35,576 bases of DNA from Alphaproteobacteria bacterium (GCA_028869355.1 JAGWSK010000360.1:1-35576); one strand, 5' to 3'. Positions 9,248 through 19,284 are shown, counted from the stretch's first letter. Notes: generated from the letters alone by a model not told the origin. Numbers and translations: made by a program.

Positions 9248-10045
9248 TCAGCGCGACGGGCGCAAGGACGGCAAAATCGTCGGCGGTGCGCTTTGCTCAC
9301 AAACCGCGTCGGGTTTGAAGCGCTGCCATCCGGTGGCGCCGAGGACTTCCAGCGGCCGGAAGCGTGACTTGTAGTCCATTTTGCGGCTGCCGCGGACCCA
9401 ATAGCCGAGATAGACGAAGGGCAGACTCCTGGCCTGAGCTGTGCGGACATGATCGAGAATCATGTAGGTGCCCAGGCTTCTCAGCGACATCTGTGGATCG
9501 AAGAAGCTGTACACCATCGAAAGCCCATCCTGCAGCACGTCGGTTAGTGCGCACGCAATCAGCGGGCCGGCGCGCCCGTCACTGTCGCGCAGCCGGTATT
9601 CGATGAGCATCGTGTCGATCGGGGTCTCCTCGACCATGGCGACATAGTCGAACAGACCCATATCGGACATGCCGCCACCGGAATGGCGGCATGCCAAATA
9701 TCTTTGCAGCAGCGTGAATTGCTCCCGCGTGGCTTCCGGCGGAACGACCGTGCGGATCAAGTCGGAGTTGGTGCGCTCCATCCGCCGCATGGTCCGGCCG
9801 GGGCGGAATTCGGCTGCCACCACTCTGACCGAAATGCAGGCCGTGCAGCCATCGCAGGCTGGGCGGTAGGCGATCATCTGACTGCGCCGGAAGCCAGAAT
9901 GGGTCAGCGCATCATTCAGTGACCCTGCCTGCGGCCCCATCAGCCGCGCAAATACCTTTCGCTCGACTTTTCCCGGGAGGTACGGACAGGACCCCCCTGG
10001 AGTGAGAAAAAACTGCGGTAACCGGGAGAGATAATGTTCGGTCAA
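9248..10045 (-). CDS. bpt: Arginyl/leucyl-tRNA--protein transferase (Bpt/Ate family, N-end rule)
   Basis: 265 aa with N-terminal CPYLPG and CDGCTAC cysteine motifs and the C-terminal YLGYW...KMDYK block typical of bacterial Bpt. TTG start at 10045 with GAGG upstream. Confidence 0.85.
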   Translation of the reverse strand: MTEHYLSRLPQFFLTPGGSCPYLPGKVERKVFARLMGPQAGSLNDALTHSGFRRSQMIAYRPACDGCTACISVRVVAAEFRPGRTMRRMERTNSDLIRTVVPPEATREQFTLLQRYLACRHSGGGMSDMGLFDYVAMVEETPIDTMLIEYRLRDSDGRAGPLIACALTDVLQDGLSMVYSFFDPQMSLRSLGTYMILDHVRTAQARSLPFVYLGYWVRGSRKMDYKSRFRPLEVLGATGWQRFKPDAVCEQSAPPTILPSLRPSR

Positions 10046-10106
10046 CTGCCTGCCTCAGCCCGCCAACGCCCGCAAACAACGCGAATCGATTATGAACAGG
10101 AACGGC

Positions 10107-10160
10107 GGTCCGCGCCAAGTATCGGCGATGAAAATTTCTGCCGCGGACCATATCGCCGGT
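10107..10160 (-). other. Candidate structured RNA element (interleaved inverted repeats) in the acylase-bpt spacer
   Basis: GGTCCGCG 10107-10114 pairs with CGCGGACC 10142-10149. ATCGGCGAT 10121-10129 pairs with ATCGCCGGT 10152-10160 (one G.U). The order A-B-A'-B' gives H-type pseudoknot topology. Confidence 0.25.
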
Positions 10161-10178
10161 CAAAAGCAGCGAGTTTCA

Positions 10179-12605
10179 TCAGGGGGACGGCAGCGCTGCG
10201 GACGATTGGACGCTTGCCGGCCCAGTCTGCGCGGGGCGCAGCTCGAAGCGGTGGAGCGCGGTGGCCTCTACAGCTCTTGGTGCGGTGGCGATCATGACAC
10301 TGCCGCCGCGCGCCCAAAGCCCCATCAAGTCGTCGAAATGCGGCGAAAACAGGTTTCCCGATTCACCGGTCGAGATGATGTATCGGGAGGCATCCGGCGC
10401 CCCCAGATCATAGACCCCACGATAGCCAGCGCCATGGATGGCGGCATAGGGACGGCTGCTGGCCATATTATTGTCGGCGCGAAGCAGCGTGAATGGTCCG
10501 CCGCTGACCTCTATGTCGCGCTCAAACAACCGCCCAATCAGTGGAAATAACGCGAATGGCTGCTCGGTGTGCGTCGCCTGATGCGGAATGCCCCAGCGCC
10601 AGCGCGCGGGATCGGAACCGTATTGGGCGCTCAATTCGGTCACCGCATCGTGCAGCGCCAGCCGGATGCGAGACGGGCAGTCCTCGATTTCCGGCGAAGA
10701 ATGGTCATTACACCAGCGTTGTTCGCCGTCGATGCCGTCCAGCACGCGCAGGGTAAATTCCGGCCGGTAACCCCAGAAGTTGCGGAACAGCGGTCCCAGC
10801 TCGTCGGCATAGAGCCGGCGCGCCAGCGCGCGCGCCCAGGCGGCCCAGATCAGAGGTTCGGGCCGGTTCGCGTCCATCGCCCCGTTCCAATTCGTCAATA
10901 GTTGCGCCGCCTTGGCATCGCCGGCCGGGAACGGACCGGCAGCGAGCAGGCGGCGTTTCAGGTCAACTGCATAAAGGTCGATGGTATCGTTCTGCATCGC
11001 GGTAAAACGCGCCGGCGTGTTCTTCTTCACTTGCGCGAGAAGCTGTTCGATGCGGTCAAAGCGGTAAGAGTCCGGCCACTCAAGGGTCAGCGCGTAAGGG
11101 TAATTGGCGGGAACCGTCTTGTTGTTTGCCGTTGCAATTTGACCCGAAGGCGGGTCGCTGATCGAAACCAGATCCTTTGGCGGGATGAAACCCGTCCAGT
11201 CATAGCGGCCGTCCCAGCCTGGCGCCGGCACAAGACCCAATGCGTCGTTGGCTTTGGACCTTATCGGCACACGGCCTGGAAGGATCAAGCCAATGTGTCC
11301 GCTGTCATCCGAATACACAATGTTCTGCATGGGCGTCACAAAGCTCAGCGCAGCGGCTTTGATATCATTGCTGTTTTTCGCCTGATTGATCCCCAGCAGG
11401 GCATCCAGAGTGGTGTCGTCCGGCGCCAGCGCCGTCCAGGCGAGGGAAATCACATAGCCATCCGGCGCAGCTGCGCCGAGCGCAGAGTTCTCCGGCATCA
11501 CCGGACCGTGGCGTGTAGAGCGGACCAGAATCCGGTGATCGGCGCCAAACCGCACTTTGATGAGCTCCAGCCGGGTATCGAAACTCGCCCAGCCGCCGGG
11601 TACCTGGTATTCGCGCCGGTTATCCGGGTTCAGTCGTTCCAGAAAGAGGTCCTGAGTGTCGGGCCCGGTATTGGTTTCGCCCCAGGCAACATGGCTGTTG
11701 CGTCCAGCGACGATGGCGGGAATTCCCGGCAACGTACCGCCGACAAGATCCTGGTTCGGAAATGACAGATGCGCGAGGTACCAGACGGACGGCAGTGAAA
11801 AGCCCAGATGTGGGTCGTTGGCCAGCAGCGGACTGCCGTCCTCCGAACGGGTACCGTTTACGGCCCAGTTGTCGGATGCTGTCGTATCCGGAATCGCGGA
11901 TGCTTGTCCGGTCTGGGTCGTACCGTAAATTTCGTCCAGCCAGGCCGGCAGGGGCGCGTCGGAAAAGGGCTGAAAGAAATCTTCGACACCCTTGCGTCCC
12001 AGCACGGGTAACAATTCCGCCCGTGCGGCTTCGCCAAAAGCGTTGCCCGAAAGCTGCATCGCCATGCCCTTTAAAACCGCGATGCTGTCCGCCGGCGACC
12101 AGCGTTCGGGAGTCGTGTCGCCGGCGAGAACGAATTCGATCGGCCAGCGCCCGCGATGGCCCGCGATATAGGCGTTCACGCCATCGGCATAGGCCTGCAG
12201 CACGCGCTGCGATTGCGGCGCCAGATGCGTCAGCGCTTCCTGCGCGGCAACGTACAGGCCCATGGAACGCATCAGCATGTCAGTCGGCACCGCCTGCGCG
12301 CCGAATAATTCGCCCAGGCGCCCCTGGATGAACCGTCGCGCCGTTTCCATCTGCCAGAGCCGGTCCTCGGCATGGGCATAACCAAGCCCGAATGCCGCTT
12401 GCTCGAAGGACCCACCGATGACATGCGGGATGGCATATCTATCGCGCAGGATCTGCACGGGTGCGGTCAGTCCGGCTACGGCAACCACTCCATCGTAGCT
12501 GGGCACGGAGCGGGCGAATGACCGGAAGAAATCAACCGTCAGCAAAACGGCAACAATGACGATAGCCGCCGATACAATCCCGATCCGCGGAATCCAGCGC
12601 CGCAA
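10179..12605 (-). CDS. Penicillin acylase family Ntn-hydrolase (possible acyl-homoserine-lactone or beta-lactam acylase), N-terminally membrane anchored
   Basis: 808 aa. Alpha-subunit block GLGYAHAEDRLWQME, and beta-subunit N-terminal nucleophile context TASDNWAVNG...LLANDPHL. N-terminal hydrophobic anchor IGIVSAAIVIVAVLLTV. TTG start at 12605 preceded by GGAG. Confidence 0.85.
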   Translation of the reverse strand: MRRWIPRIGIVSAAIVIVAVLLTVDFFRSFARSVPSYDGVVAVAGLTAPVQILRDRYAIPHVIGGSFEQAAFGLGYAHAEDRLWQMETARRFIQGRLGELFGAQAVPTDMLMRSMGLYVAAQEALTHLAPQSQRVLQAYADGVNAYIAGHRGRWPIEFVLAGDTTPERWSPADSIAVLKGMAMQLSGNAFGEAARAELLPVLGRKGVEDFFQPFSDAPLPAWLDEIYGTTQTGQASAIPDTTASDNWAVNGTRSEDGSPLLANDPHLGFSLPSVWYLAHLSFPNQDLVGGTLPGIPAIVAGRNSHVAWGETNTGPDTQDLFLERLNPDNRREYQVPGGWASFDTRLELIKVRFGADHRILVRSTRHGPVMPENSALGAAAPDGYVISLAWTALAPDDTTLDALLGINQAKNSNDIKAAALSFVTPMQNIVYSDDSGHIGLILPGRVPIRSKANDALGLVPAPGWDGRYDWTGFIPPKDLVSISDPPSGQIATANNKTVPANYPYALTLEWPDSYRFDRIEQLLAQVKKNTPARFTAMQNDTIDLYAVDLKRRLLAAGPFPAGDAKAAQLLTNWNGAMDANRPEPLIWAAWARALARRLYADELGPLFRNFWGYRPEFTLRVLDGIDGEQRWCNDHSSPEIEDCPSRIRLALHDAVTELSAQYGSDPARWRWGIPHQATHTEQPFALFPLIGRLFERDIEVSGGPFTLLRADNNMASSRPYAAIHGAGYRGVYDLGAPDASRYIISTGESGNLFSPHFDDLMGLWARGGSVMIATAPRAVEATALHRFELRPAQTGPASVQSSAALPSP

Positions 12606-12705
12606 TTGTGTCTCCTCTGGAGGGCGCGCAGGCTCTCTATGCCGTCGCAGGAATTGGGAGGCGAGAAACAGTGCGCAATATACGTACCCGATAATCCTTA
12701 AGCCA

Positions 12706-12734
12706 CTTGCAATTCATAAGCAAGCTTATAATAT
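12706..12734 (+). promoter_or_regulatory. Putative sigma70-like promoter and dyad operator of the marR-emrAB operon
   Basis: TTGCAA (12707-12712), a 16-nt spacer, then TAATAT (12729-12734); TATAAT is also present at 12727-12732. The dyad CTTGC-N9-GCAAG (12706-12724) overlaps the -35 region. The marR ATG at 12743 has no Shine-Dalgarno, which fits a near-leaderless mRNA. Confidence 0.25.
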
Positions 12735-12742
12735 ATCTGCCT

Positions 12743-13207
12743 ATGACCCACCCGATCGCTCGCGACCCACTGGTGCTGATCAATGATTTGGCGCGGCTGC
12801 TGCGGACGCGCGCCGACGCCAGGGCACGCGCATTCGGGATGACGCGAGCGCAATGGATGATTCTGGTGCGGCTGGAAGCCAATCCCGGCATGACACAAAA
12901 CGAATTGGCTGCCCTGATTGAGGTAGAGCCGATCACGATCGCGCGGCTGGTGGACCGGCTGGAAACCCGCGGTTTTGTCCAGCGGCGCGCCGATCCTTCG
13001 GATCGGCGCATATGGCGGCTGCATCTCAGTTCCGCCGCTGTACCAATGCTGAAGGAAATCGCCAAGGTCCGGCGCGAGCTGACCGAAAACCTGATCACGG
13101 GCCTGCCGGCGAAAGAGTTGGAGTGCGCGATCAATTGCCTGCTGAAAATGAAAGACAATCTGGCTGCCGAGTCGCGGGCCAGGGTGAAAGTGCTTGAGGG
13201 GCAATAA
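12743..13207 (+). CDS. MarR family transcriptional regulator
   Basis: Winged-HTH region MTRAQWMILVRLEANPGMTQNELAALIEVEPITIARLVDRLETRGFVQRRADPSDRR. The stop TAA overlaps the ATG of the next gene by 1 nt. The ORF-track start at 12707 (TTG) would add a hydrophobic, non-homologous 12 aa. Confidence 0.8.
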   Translation: MTHPIARDPLVLINDLARLLRTRADARARAFGMTRAQWMILVRLEANPGMTQNELAALIEVEPITIARLVDRLETRGFVQRRADPSDRRIWRLHLSSAAVPMLKEIAKVRRELTENLITGLPAKELECAINCLLKMKDNLAAESRARVKVLEGQ

Positions 13208-14304
13208 TGGACGCAATGGTTCAAGAGAGCAGGGCCGCGCTGATGGAAACGGGCGCCACGCGGCGGCTGTGGCGGCGTATTTTGATGCTGGGGGGGACCA
13301 TCATCGTCGTCGCCGGCGGTGTTGGTTTCTGGCTGACGGGCGGCCGCTACGCGGGGACCGATGATGCTTATATCGAGGCCAACAAGCTGCTTGTTTCCAC
13401 CGATGTTTCGGGATTGGTCCAGGACGTCGACGTAAAGGAGGGCCAAAAGGTCCACCGCGGCGACGTCCTGTTTCGCCTCGATCCGCTGCCGTTTCGCATT
13501 GCCCTGCAGCAAGCCCAGTCGCATCTGGATGAAGAGGTGGAGACCATCCACTCCATGGAGGAGGACTACACCCGCATGCTGCGCGATATCGAGGCGCAGA
13601 AGGCCCAGGTCGATCTGGCGCTGACCAGCTACAACCGGCAATTGGCGTTGGTCCGGATCGGCGGCACCGCGCAACAGAATGTGGATCAGGCGAAAGCCAC
13701 AATGGACACGGCGCAATCGCAATCCCAGTCGCTGGCGCAGCAGGCGGCCGTACAACTGGCCAAGCTCGGTGGGCGGATCGGAATTCCGGTGGAGCAGCAT
13801 CCCGAATATCTCCAGGCCAGGGCCGCGCGCGATGAAGCGCAGCGCCAACTCGATCACACAGTGGTGCGCGCGCCTTTTGACGGCACGGTGACGCAGGTCT
13901 CGTCCTTGCAGCCAGGCGCGATGCTGGTGTCGTCCATGGCAGCTTTCATGCCGACGAGCGCGGTGGGACTTGTGGGAGATGAAGGAAAATGGGTCGAGGC
14001 CAATGTGAAGGAAACGGACCTGACCTATGTTCACCCTGGGCAGCCCGTCTCGGTGACGATCGACAGTTTCCCTGACCGGATTTGGCGCGGCACGGTAACC
14101 GCCATTGCGCCTGCGACGGGTGCCCAGTTCTCCGTGCTACCCTCGGAAAATTCCAGCGGTAACTGGGTCAAGGTGGTGCAGCGCCTGACGGTGCGGATCG
14201 GTTTCGATCAGAGTCAGGACATTTCGCCCCTGCGCGCGGGCATGAGTGTGACGGCCGAAATCGATACCGGTCACAGGCGCAAGCTCACAGATCTGCTTCC
14301 GTGA
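13207..14304 (+). CDS. emrA: HlyD/EmrA-family membrane fusion (periplasmic adaptor) protein
   Basis: 365 aa with an N-terminal TM helix, TDDAYIEANKLLVSTDVSGLVQDVDVKEGQKVHRGDVLFRLDP, coiled-coil repeats and a C-terminal beta-barrel (NSSGNWVKVVQRLTVRI). This matches the EmrA pattern. Confidence 0.85.
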   Translation: MDAMVQESRAALMETGATRRLWRRILMLGGTIIVVAGGVGFWLTGGRYAGTDDAYIEANKLLVSTDVSGLVQDVDVKEGQKVHRGDVLFRLDPLPFRIALQQAQSHLDEEVETIHSMEEDYTRMLRDIEAQKAQVDLALTSYNRQLALVRIGGTAQQNVDQAKATMDTAQSQSQSLAQQAAVQLAKLGGRIGIPVEQHPEYLQARAARDEAQRQLDHTVVRAPFDGTVTQVSSLQPGAMLVSSMAAFMPTSAVGLVGDEGKWVEANVKETDLTYVHPGQPVSVTIDSFPDRIWRGTVTAIAPATGAQFSVLPSENSSGNWVKVVQRLTVRIGFDQSQDISPLRAGMSVTAEIDTGHRRKLTDLLP

Positions 14305-15842
14305 ATTCCGTTCCTTCTTCCGGGGGAAGCGCGCGTCATCGTTGGGCGATCATGGGCTGCACCATGATTGCGACCCTGATGCAGGCGCTCGACAACACGA
14401 TCGCGAATGTGGCCCTGCCGCATATGCAGGGAAGCCTTGGCGCCAGCCACGACCAGATCACGTGGGTTCTCACCTCCTATGTCATCGCTGCGGCGATTCT
14501 GACTGCACCGGTCGGATGGCTCTCGGCGCGTTTTGGGCGCAAGCCTTTCTTCATCGTCTCGCTCGTCGGCTTCACAATCACTTCGATGCTTTGTGGTCTC
14601 GCCCAGACTCTGCCTCAGGAAGTGGCATTCCGCTTCCTGCAGGGTTGCTTTGGCGCCGCCCTCGTGCCGCTGTCGCAATCGGTCATGCTCGATCTCTATC
14701 CAATGGAGAGCCGCGGCACGGCGATGGCAATTTGGGGCACTGGGGTGATGATCGGTCCAATTCTGGGGCCAACCCTCGGCGGCTATCTCACAGACCTCTA
14801 TGACTGGCGCTGGGTATTCTTCATCAATGTACCGTTCGGAATTGCGGCGGTGGCTGGATTGATCGTGTTCCTGCGCGATCGTGCCAGCAACTCAGCCCTG
14901 CGTTTTGATTGGACGGGATTCCTTGCGCTCTCCGCCGGGCTGGGAGGATTGCAGTTGCTGCTCGATCGCGGCTATTCACAGGACTGGTTTTCGTCGAACG
15001 AGATTATCATCGAGGCGGTTATCGCAGGTCTGGGTTTCTATCTCTTCATCGTCCATATGCTCACCGCCGAGAAGCCGTTCATCCCGCCGCGGATATTCAA
15101 GGACATCGGATTCCTTTCCGGCTTCGCCACAATGTTCGCCGTAGGTGTGGTGTTGCTTGGCAGCTCTGCGCTGCTGCCGCCGTACCTGCAAAATCTTGGC
15201 GGGTATTCAGTGACGCAGACGGGTCTTTTGATGACGCCCCGCGGGATCGGGACGATGCTGGCGATGATGATCGCCGGCCGTCTGACGCGGGTGATCGATC
15301 CAAGGTTGCTGATGGGCGTCGGCGTGATCTGCATCGCCTGGCCGATGTGGGATATGACCCAATGGACTCCTGATATCGGACTGTTGCGGCTGGCCGTGGT
15401 CAGCCTGATTCAGGGCGTCGGGATTGCGCTCGTGTTTATTCCGCTGCAGGTGGTTGGATTCGCCACTTTGCCGGCATCCTTACGCACCGATGCGGCGGCC
15501 CTCTACTCGCTATCGCGCAACATTGGAAGCGCAATCGGCGTTTCGGCAACTTCGACGCTTCTCGCTTCGAGTTTTCAGCGCATTCATTCCGAGCTTGCCG
15601 GGCAGATCACGCCGTTCAATCGCGCCCTGCAATCTGGCGCTCAGGGAATGTTCATGGGCCCCGCGACTCCCTTTGGGCTGCAAGCCGCCGATGCCCAGGT
15701 CCAGTACTATGCCTATGTAGCCGCTTACGCCAATGATTTCCTGCTTATGTTCTGGACTTGCCTGCCTTTGCTGCCGCTGCTGTTTTTCATGCGCAAGCCG
15801 GGCCCGCAAAAGCTCGACACGGCGGAACTGGCAATGGAATAG
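14301..15842 (+). CDS. emrB: DHA2-family MFS multidrug efflux transporter (EmrB/QacA type, 14 TMS)
   Basis: 513 aa with LDNTIANVALPHMQGSL, the GWLSARFGRKP motif A and many TM segments. GTG start at 14301 overlaps the emrA TGA (GTGA). Confidence 0.88.
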   Translation: MNSVPSSGGSARHRWAIMGCTMIATLMQALDNTIANVALPHMQGSLGASHDQITWVLTSYVIAAAILTAPVGWLSARFGRKPFFIVSLVGFTITSMLCGLAQTLPQEVAFRFLQGCFGAALVPLSQSVMLDLYPMESRGTAMAIWGTGVMIGPILGPTLGGYLTDLYDWRWVFFINVPFGIAAVAGLIVFLRDRASNSALRFDWTGFLALSAGLGGLQLLLDRGYSQDWFSSNEIIIEAVIAGLGFYLFIVHMLTAEKPFIPPRIFKDIGFLSGFATMFAVGVVLLGSSALLPPYLQNLGGYSVTQTGLLMTPRGIGTMLAMMIAGRLTRVIDPRLLMGVGVICIAWPMWDMTQWTPDIGLLRLAVVSLIQGVGIALVFIPLQVVGFATLPASLRTDAAALYSLSRNIGSAIGVSATSTLLASSFQRIHSELAGQITPFNRALQSGAQGMFMGPATPFGLQAADAQVQYYAYVAAYANDFLLMFWTCLPLLPLLFFMRKPGPQKLDTAELAME

Positions 15843-16007
15843 AGCACAGGCCGCGCTCGCATCATCGCTGTTTTGGGTCACAACCGGCATCACAGCACCG
15901 GAGCGCAGAGAGAAAAAACTGGTCCGGAGCGTCCCTTTGCGTCATTGGCATGGGCGATTGGCTGGCGAAGAATGTGAGGCCTGAAAGCCGAGTTCAAAGG
16001 CGAGTTG

Positions 16008-16517
16008 ATGATCACAAAAAGCCGCATGGCATGGATTGCCGCATCGGTTGCATTTGCAGCGCTTTGCTGCCAGGCGGGGTGGGCCGAAACCGGATCGGAC
16101 ACAGGGATAATTCTGGAACATCCGTGGAGTCCGGCGACACCGAACGGCGCGGCCACCGCCGCCGCCTATATGTCGATTGAAAATCATGGCCGCAGCGACG
16201 ACCGGTTGCTCGGCGGTTCGGCGCCGGTTGCGGCAAAGGTGGAAGTTCACGCGATGTCCATGGCGAACGGCATCATGTCGATGCGCGCATTGTCAGATGG
16301 CTTGAAGATTCCCGCGGGCATGACCGTGAATCTCGAGCCAAACGCAAATTACCATCTGATGCTCAGCGGACTGAAATCGGCGCTGAAGGACGGCACCAAA
16401 GTTCCGTTGACGTTGCACTTCGCCAAAGCCGGCGACATTCATGTCGAGATACCGGTGCTGCCGATTGGCTCCCGCGGGCCGGCCGCTACCGTGCCCGGCC
16501 ATATGGACCATCACTGA
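16008..16517 (+). CDS. pcuC: Periplasmic copper chaperone PCu(A)C (DUF461)
   Basis: Signal peptide (WIAASVAFAALCCQAGWA) and Cu(I) ligand pattern H-x10-M...H-x-M (VHAMSMANGIMSM...YHLML). His/Met-rich C-terminal tail PGHMDHH. ATG 16008 is preferred over the adjacent TTG 16005. Confidence 0.8.
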   Translation: MITKSRMAWIAASVAFAALCCQAGWAETGSDTGIILEHPWSPATPNGAATAAAYMSIENHGRSDDRLLGGSAPVAAKVEVHAMSMANGIMSMRALSDGLKIPAGMTVNLEPNANYHLMLSGLKSALKDGTKVPLTLHFAKAGDIHVEIPVLPIGSRGPAATVPGHMDHH

Positions 16518-16523
16518 AACCAC

Positions 16524-17111
16524 ATGAGCGAGAATGGGCCAGAACGGCCGTATCATCATGGCCAGCTTGGTCCCGCATTGCGAGCGAACGCGCGGGCGAT
16601 TCTGGAGCAAGACGGACTCCCGGGATTGTCGTTGCGCTCGGTCGCGCGCCGGGCCGGTGTGTCGCACACCGCTCCCTACCGGCATTATGCCAGCCGTGAG
16701 GCTCTGCTCGCCGATATCGCCTGCGAAGGCATCGCCGAATTGCGGGCCGAGCTTTCGCAGGCTGCCGCGGCGCCGGCCGAAAAGCCTGAGCGCATCGTGC
16801 GGTTCGCAACGGTTTACCTGCGTTTTGCCCTGCGGCATCCGGGGCTAATTCGCCTGATTTTCGGCGCCGAGTTCCACAATCGGGCAAGTTTCTCCGCCCT
16901 CTCGGATGCCACAAATTCGCTGGTCGCCGACATCGGTCAAGCGCTGGCAGATCCTGCCGCCGGTCTCGCCGCGCTCGCGGCGATGCACGGTCTTGCCATG
17001 CTGATACTCGATAACGTCATCGACCTTGGACAGCACCAATCGGGATGGGATGTTATCCCGTCGCGGGCTGGAATCCTGCTGCGCAGCCTGCTCGAATCTT
17101 CAGTAGTCTGA
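16524..17111 (+). CDS. TetR/AcrR family transcriptional regulator
   Basis: N-terminal HTH LSLRSVARRAGVSHTAPYRHYASREALLADI. It starts 6 nt after the PCu(A)C stop. Confidence 0.85.
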   Translation: MSENGPERPYHHGQLGPALRANARAILEQDGLPGLSLRSVARRAGVSHTAPYRHYASREALLADIACEGIAELRAELSQAAAAPAEKPERIVRFATVYLRFALRHPGLIRLIFGAEFHNRASFSALSDATNSLVADIGQALADPAAGLAALAAMHGLAMLILDNVIDLGQHQSGWDVIPSRAGILLRSLLESSVV

Positions 17112-18122
<1,011 letters not shown>

Positions 18123-18189
18123 TTAAGACGATGCACCCGGATTATACAACGGGCCGGCCCGGTGAGCCTATCGCGGCCGGATCACAGCC

Positions 18190-19221
18190 ATGACAGCCGG
18201 TGTCCTGTTGCGCAACGACGGACCACTCGGCCACATCACGCTCAACCGGCCTAAAGCGCTGAATGCTCTTACCCACGATATGTGCCGCTCCATCTACGAG
18301 GCGCTGCAGGGCTGGGTGGCCGATCCAGCCATTCACGCGGTTCTGATCGATGCCGTGCCTGGACGCGCCTTTTGTGCCGGGGGTGATATCCGGTCGATTT
18401 ACCACTTGGGCCGCACCGACCTGCCGGCGGCGGAGGCCTTTTTTTCCACCGAATACCGGCTCAATGCCGCTATCCGCCACTTTCCAAAGCCCTATATCGC
18501 CCTGCTCAACGGCATCACAATGGGTGGCGGAGCAGGGCTGTCGGTCCATGGTTCGCACCGGCTGGTGACCGAAAATACCAGCTTCGCCATGCCGGAAACC
18601 GGGATCGGGCTCTATCCCGACGTCGGCGGCACGTACTTTCTCTCGCGACTTCAGGGCCAAACCGGAACCTGTCTTGCGCTTACCGGCATGCGGATTGGAC
18701 CGGCCGACATGGTCTGGCTCGGTCTGGCGACGCATTATGTTTCATCGGCCAAACTCGAGGGAGTTGCAATCCGCCTGACCGAAGGGGAGCCGGTCGAGGC
18801 AGTGCTTGCGGCACTTGCCGAACCGCCGCCCACTGCTCCCGGGATGGCGCCCCTTTCTGCCCGGATCGACGATGCATTCCGGGGCGACTCGGTCGAAGAA
18901 ATTATCGCCAACCTGCAACACGCCGGCGATTGGGGGCGCGACATCGGCAAGGCGCTCGCGACGCATTCGCCAACCAGCCTCAAGCTGACTCTTCGCGGCT
19001 TACGCGAAGCGCGCAAGTTGGATTTCGAAGGCTGTATGCGCATGGAATACCGGATGACCCTCCGCGTACTGCGCGGGCACGACCTTTACGAAGGCGTGCG
19101 AGCGATTCTCATCGATCGTGACCAGCATCCCCGCTGGAATCCGGACTTGCTCGAAAAGGTTACGAGTCAGCAAATAGACCGCTATTTTGCCTCTCTGGCG
19201 GATAAAGAACTGGCGTTGTGA
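18190..19221 (+). CDS. Enoyl-CoA hydratase/isomerase family protein, 3-hydroxyisobutyryl-CoA hydrolase-like
   Basis: 343 aa with FCAGGDIR and GITMGGGAGLSVHGSHRLVTENTSFAMPETGIGLYPDVGG, plus the long C-terminal helical extension typical of HIBCH-type crotonases. Confidence 0.82.
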   Translation: MTAGVLLRNDGPLGHITLNRPKALNALTHDMCRSIYEALQGWVADPAIHAVLIDAVPGRAFCAGGDIRSIYHLGRTDLPAAEAFFSTEYRLNAAIRHFPKPYIALLNGITMGGGAGLSVHGSHRLVTENTSFAMPETGIGLYPDVGGTYFLSRLQGQTGTCLALTGMRIGPADMVWLGLATHYVSSAKLEGVAIRLTEGEPVEAVLAALAEPPPTAPGMAPLSARIDDAFRGDSVEEIIANLQHAGDWGRDIGKALATHSPTSLKLTLRGLREARKLDFEGCMRMEYRMTLRVLRGHDLYEGVRAILIDRDQHPRWNPDLLEKVTSQQIDRYFASLADKELAL

Positions 19222-19284
19222 ATCCCGCTAAGCACTCGTTAACCTTGACCGGTTAGTTTTCGAATCGATAGCGAGGAGATTCGC

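Noticed and set aside
12637-14034. 465-aa ORF on the minus strand spanning marR and emrA
   Set aside because: It lies antisense to two genes with clear family motifs. Its translation is Arg/Gly/Pro/His-rich and low-complexity, with no recognisable domain. This is a typical shadow ORF of GC-rich DNA.
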